DNA of 64,000 nt from a bacterium (GTDB lineage Bacteria; SZUA-79; Acidulodesulfobacterales; Acidulodesulfobacteraceae). Shown in pieces: positions 61,285 through 64,000 of this stretch. Within the stretch, counting starts at the first letter, position 1, and every line of letters starts with the position of its first letter. The DNA lies in the NCBI GenBank assembly GCA_021818985.1, contig JAKASO010000002.1, positions 43,383 through 107,382 of the forward strand, in the 5' to 3' direction. The translations under genes and the position numbers were made by a program. The notes below the pieces were generated by a model. It was not told the DNA's origin and ran no database searches. It saw only the letters and a program-made list of their open reading frames with translations.

Positions 61285-62070
61285 ATGGAAAAATCTAAAG
61301 TGGAAAACAAGAATACTAAGAATACTAAAATTAAGAAAGACCGTCCAAAAGGGCGTAAGGGTAATTTTTCGAGAAAAACGACGGAAACCGATATAAAACT
61401 TTCATTAAATCTTGACGGAAAAGGCATCTATGACATAAACACCGGCGTTCCGTTTTTTAATCATATGCTCGAACAATTTTCAAAACATTCCCGTTTTGAT
61501 ATGAAGCTTGGTGCAAAAGGTGATATAGAAATTGATCTTCATCATCTTATCGAAGATGCCGGTATCGTTATAGGCGGCGCATTAAAGAAACTATTAGGCG
61601 ATAAAAAGGGAATCAAAAGGTTCGGTTTTGCCTCTGTTCCCATGGATGAAGCACTCGTGCAAACATCGGTTGATTTTTGCGGCAGGGCTTTTTTTGTTTA
61701 TAATACCGGTGCTTATAATCAAACAGGTGCAAAGGATAAAGAGAAAAGCCGGAAGACGCAAAACGCAATTATGTCTGCGCTTAAGAGAAACAAGGATAAC
61801 GAAGAGATAATTAAAAATCCATTATTTCAAGCAATTATAGGTGAAACGATAGCCGAAAAATTTTTTTACGATTATGTAAGTATATTTTTTGACGCTATGA
61901 GTAAAAATGCTTTAATAAATTTACACATTAACGTTATGTATAATGTTATGTATGGCTCCAATAAGCATCACATAGTCGAGGCGATATTTAAATCGGCGGG
62001 CATAGCTATATCGGATGCGCTTAGGCTTACGGGTAATTACGGAATACCATCCACAAAAGGCAGTATGTGA
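61285..62070 (+). CDS. hisB: Imidazoleglycerol-phosphate dehydratase (with a K-rich N-terminal extension and an internal insertion)
   Basis: RKTTETDI, HHLIEDAGI and NKHHIVEAIFKS motifs. Confidence 0.85.
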   Translation: MEKSKVENKNTKNTKIKKDRPKGRKGNFSRKTTETDIKLSLNLDGKGIYDINTGVPFFNHMLEQFSKHSRFDMKLGAKGDIEIDLHHLIEDAGIVIGGALKKLLGDKKGIKRFGFASVPMDEALVQTSVDFCGRAFFVYNTGAYNQTGAKDKEKSRKTQNAIMSALKRNKDNEEIIKNPLFQAIIGETIAEKFFYDYVSIFFDAMSKNALINLHINVMYNVMYGSNKHHIVEAIFKSAGIAISDALRLTGNYGIPSTKGSM

Positions 62071-62129
62071 CCTACTATATATATTATATATAATAAATAT
62101 AGAAATAAAATAAAATAATAAGTATAGAA

Positions 62130-63185
62130 ATGAAAAGGCTGTTTTATTGCAATAGAAGGGTATTTTTTGTCCCCGTTTTTTTACTTATATTTAATTTAAT
62201 TATAGTCTTAAAAAGCGTTTATGCTTATAACGGTAATATAACGAAAATTACTGGGGTTTATATTAATAGCAGTAATGGAACTGTCAATGTTTATACAATC
62301 GGGAGGCCTTTTTATAAAGGCTATTTATTCAAGAAGGGGTATAAAAAATTTTTTATTTTGGCCTTTGGCCATTCAATTTTATACGGAACCGGAAAAAAGA
62401 TAGATAAGCCTTTTAAAAATGTATTTTCGGTTTCATATTCTCAATTTAGCGCAGCCCCTAAATATGTTGTTCATATAGTTACAAGGCAAAATATAATGGT
62501 AAAGCCGCAAATAAAAACAATAAATCTCGGAAATAATCGTTATAAGGTTGTTATTTATCCTTTAGTGGTCTTAAGTAAAATTAAAAAGCAGAAAAATAAA
62601 TCTTTTACCCCCGTTAGTCATGTTAAATTTAATGTTTTCATTGATGCCGGTCACGGAGGCGACGATCCGGGAGGGATCGGGCCTGCAGGGCTTCCGGAAG
62701 ATTTCGTTAATTTAAGCATTGCTTTAAAGTTAAGAAAGTTATTAAATGCAAAAGGCATTAAAACCGAGATAGACAGAACTTCCAATATCAATGTTAGTTT
62801 AGTGCGGCGTGCCACTGAAGCAAACGAAAGCGGCGCAAATCTGTTCATAGGGCTTTATTGCAATTCTGCAATAGTTCCTTATCTATACGGCGCAACGACA
62901 TACTATTTTCATAAGGATTCTTATGGTTTTGCGGCGTATTTGGAAAATTATGTTTCAGGACGTCTCGATCTAAAAAATGACGGGGTTGTTATGGACGATC
63001 TTTATGTTTTAAGATTTACCGATATTCCGGCCGTGTTAATCGAATATGCGTATATTTCCAACCCTTACGAAGAACATCTGCTCGCATCATCCACTTTCAG
63101 GGACCTTATTGCAGCCTCAATTGCAAATGCGATTTATAAATATTTTATAACAGATAATACAACGGATAAAAAGATAAAAAAATAA
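62130..63185 (+). CDS. N-acetylmuramoyl-L-alanine amidase (AMIN-like N-terminus and Amidase_3 domain)
   Basis: Signal/transmembrane segment, IDAGHGGDDPG, ANLFIGLYCNS, EYAYISNP. Confidence 0.85.
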   Translation: MKRLFYCNRRVFFVPVFLLIFNLIIVLKSVYAYNGNITKITGVYINSSNGTVNVYTIGRPFYKGYLFKKGYKKFFILAFGHSILYGTGKKIDKPFKNVFSVSYSQFSAAPKYVVHIVTRQNIMVKPQIKTINLGNNRYKVVIYPLVVLSKIKKQKNKSFTPVSHVKFNVFIDAGHGGDDPGGIGPAGLPEDFVNLSIALKLRKLLNAKGIKTEIDRTSNINVSLVRRATEANESGANLFIGLYCNSAIVPYLYGATTYYFHKDSYGFAAYLENYVSGRLDLKNDGVVMDDLYVLRFTDIPAVLIEYAYISNPYEEHLLASSTFRDLIAASIANAIYKYFITDNTTDKKIKK

Positions 63186-63815
63186 ATGAAAAAATTACGC
63201 TTTGAAAATATAGTTATCGTTGATTACGGAATGGGTAATTTAAGAAACGTTCATAACGCTTTTAATAAATTAGGGTTTAGATCGAAGATTTCAGCTGACA
63301 TTAAAGATATTGAAAAAGCTACCCATCTTGTTCTTCCGGGCGTTGGCGGTTTTAAAGACGCCATGTCGGAACTTAAAAAAAAGGATCTGATAGAGCCTAT
63401 AAGATGCGCTATAGAAAGTAAGGTTCCGTTCCTCGGTATATGTCTTGGGATGCAGCTTTTATTTGAAAGTTCAGAGGAATTTGGGGAAAATGAAGGGTTG
63501 TCGGTTTTAAAAGGAAAGGTTGTCAGGTTCAATGAAAATAATGTCCCCCTTATACCGCATGTTGGATGGAACGATGTTGATATTTTAAGGCCTCTGCCCG
63601 AATTTAAGGATATTAAAAATAAATCCTTTTTCTATTTTTTGCACAGCTATTACTGTGTTCCGAAAGAAGATATAGCGGTAGCAAAGTGTTTTTATTATGA
63701 AGATTTTACAGCATGCGTGAAAAAAGATAATATATTTGCCTGCCAGTTCCATCCTGAGAAAAGTCAGGATGCAGGTTTAACTTTGCTTACAAATTTCGTT
63801 TCCGTATGGTCATAA
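63186..63815 (+). CDS. hisH: Imidazole glycerol phosphate synthase, glutamine amidotransferase subunit
   Basis: GMGNLRNV, GICLGMQLL (catalytic Cys) and FHPEKS motifs. Confidence 0.93.
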   Translation: MKKLRFENIVIVDYGMGNLRNVHNAFNKLGFRSKISADIKDIEKATHLVLPGVGGFKDAMSELKKKDLIEPIRCAIESKVPFLGICLGMQLLFESSEEFGENEGLSVLKGKVVRFNENNVPLIPHVGWNDVDILRPLPEFKDIKNKSFFYFLHSYYCVPKEDIAVAKCFYYEDFTACVKKDNIFACQFHPEKSQDAGLTLLTNFVSVWS

Positions 63816-64000
63816 TACCGGCTATAGATATTTTGGGTGCAAGATGTGTCCGGCTTGCTATGGGCGATTATGATAAGCAAAAGATATACGAATTAACCCC
63901 TCTGGAAGCTGCTTTAAAATGGCAATCTTGTGGCGCACAAAGGCTCCATTTAGTTGATCTTGACGGTGCAAGGTCCGGACATGCGGAAAATTTTTGGCTA
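63806..64000 (+). CDS. hisA: HisA (ProFAR isomerase), N-terminal part; 3' end lies outside the window
   Basis: The ATG at 63806 overlaps the hisH stop. The translation MVIIPAIDILGARCVRLAMGDYDKQ...LHLVDLDGA matches the HisA N-terminus. It is absent from the ORF track because no stop is reached. Confidence 0.8.
   Translation, partial: MVIIPAIDILGARCVRLAMGDYDKQKIYELTPLEAALKWQSCGAQRLHLVDLDGARSGHAENFWL

Overview
This is an AT-rich bacterial chromosomal segment with about 60 densely packed genes. I saw no rRNA, CRISPR array, transposase, integrase or prophage signature. LPS and outer-membrane genes (lpxK, an LpxL-family acyltransferase, kdsB, gmhB, lptE, a beta-barrel OMP) indicate a diderm organism. 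I cannot assign a taxon from the sequence alone.

Main blocks:
- 1-6.3 kb: polA, a PLD-family protein and an aldo/keto reductase.
- 6.3-18.7 kb: a compact Mo-nitrogenase cluster. Divergent nifV is followed by nifH-nifB-(SAM methyltransferase)-nifD-nifK-nifE-nifN-nifX-(REC-ANTAR response regulator)-nifI1-nifI2. It sits behind a 788-nt AT-rich non-coding region.
- 18.7-33.4 kb: housekeeping genes (ogt, crp/fnr, rsmD, coaD, aspC-like, frameshifted lpxK, rpsT, holA-lptE-leuS-lspA, pgk, gap).
- 33.5-34.7 kb: a secreted aromatic- and proline-rich tandem-repeat protein.
- 35.8-36.3 kb: secG and tRNA-Leu(GAG).
- 37-45 kb: glycogen and sugar-phosphate genes plus coaBC.
- 46.6-51.3 kb, minus strand: an operon behind a SAM-I riboswitch encoding a protein-thiocarboxylate sulfur-transfer system. 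It contains a ThrC-like enzyme, a MoaD/ThiS-NIL fusion, an E1 enzyme, TusA, a CysK/M-like enzyme and a JAMM protease.
- 51.5-64 kb: rlpA, kdsB, rpmE, thyX, prfA-prmC-murA and hisGDCB-(amidase)-hisH-hisA.

The most interesting candidates are:
- the sulfur-carrier/NIL fusion operon;
- a possible ANTAR-type antitermination leader in front of nifH, paired with the operon-encoded ANTAR regulator;
- the methyltransferase embedded in the nif operon;
- the poly(A) frameshift in lpxK.

All calls rest on motif recognition and hand folding by eye. No database search or folding program was run.
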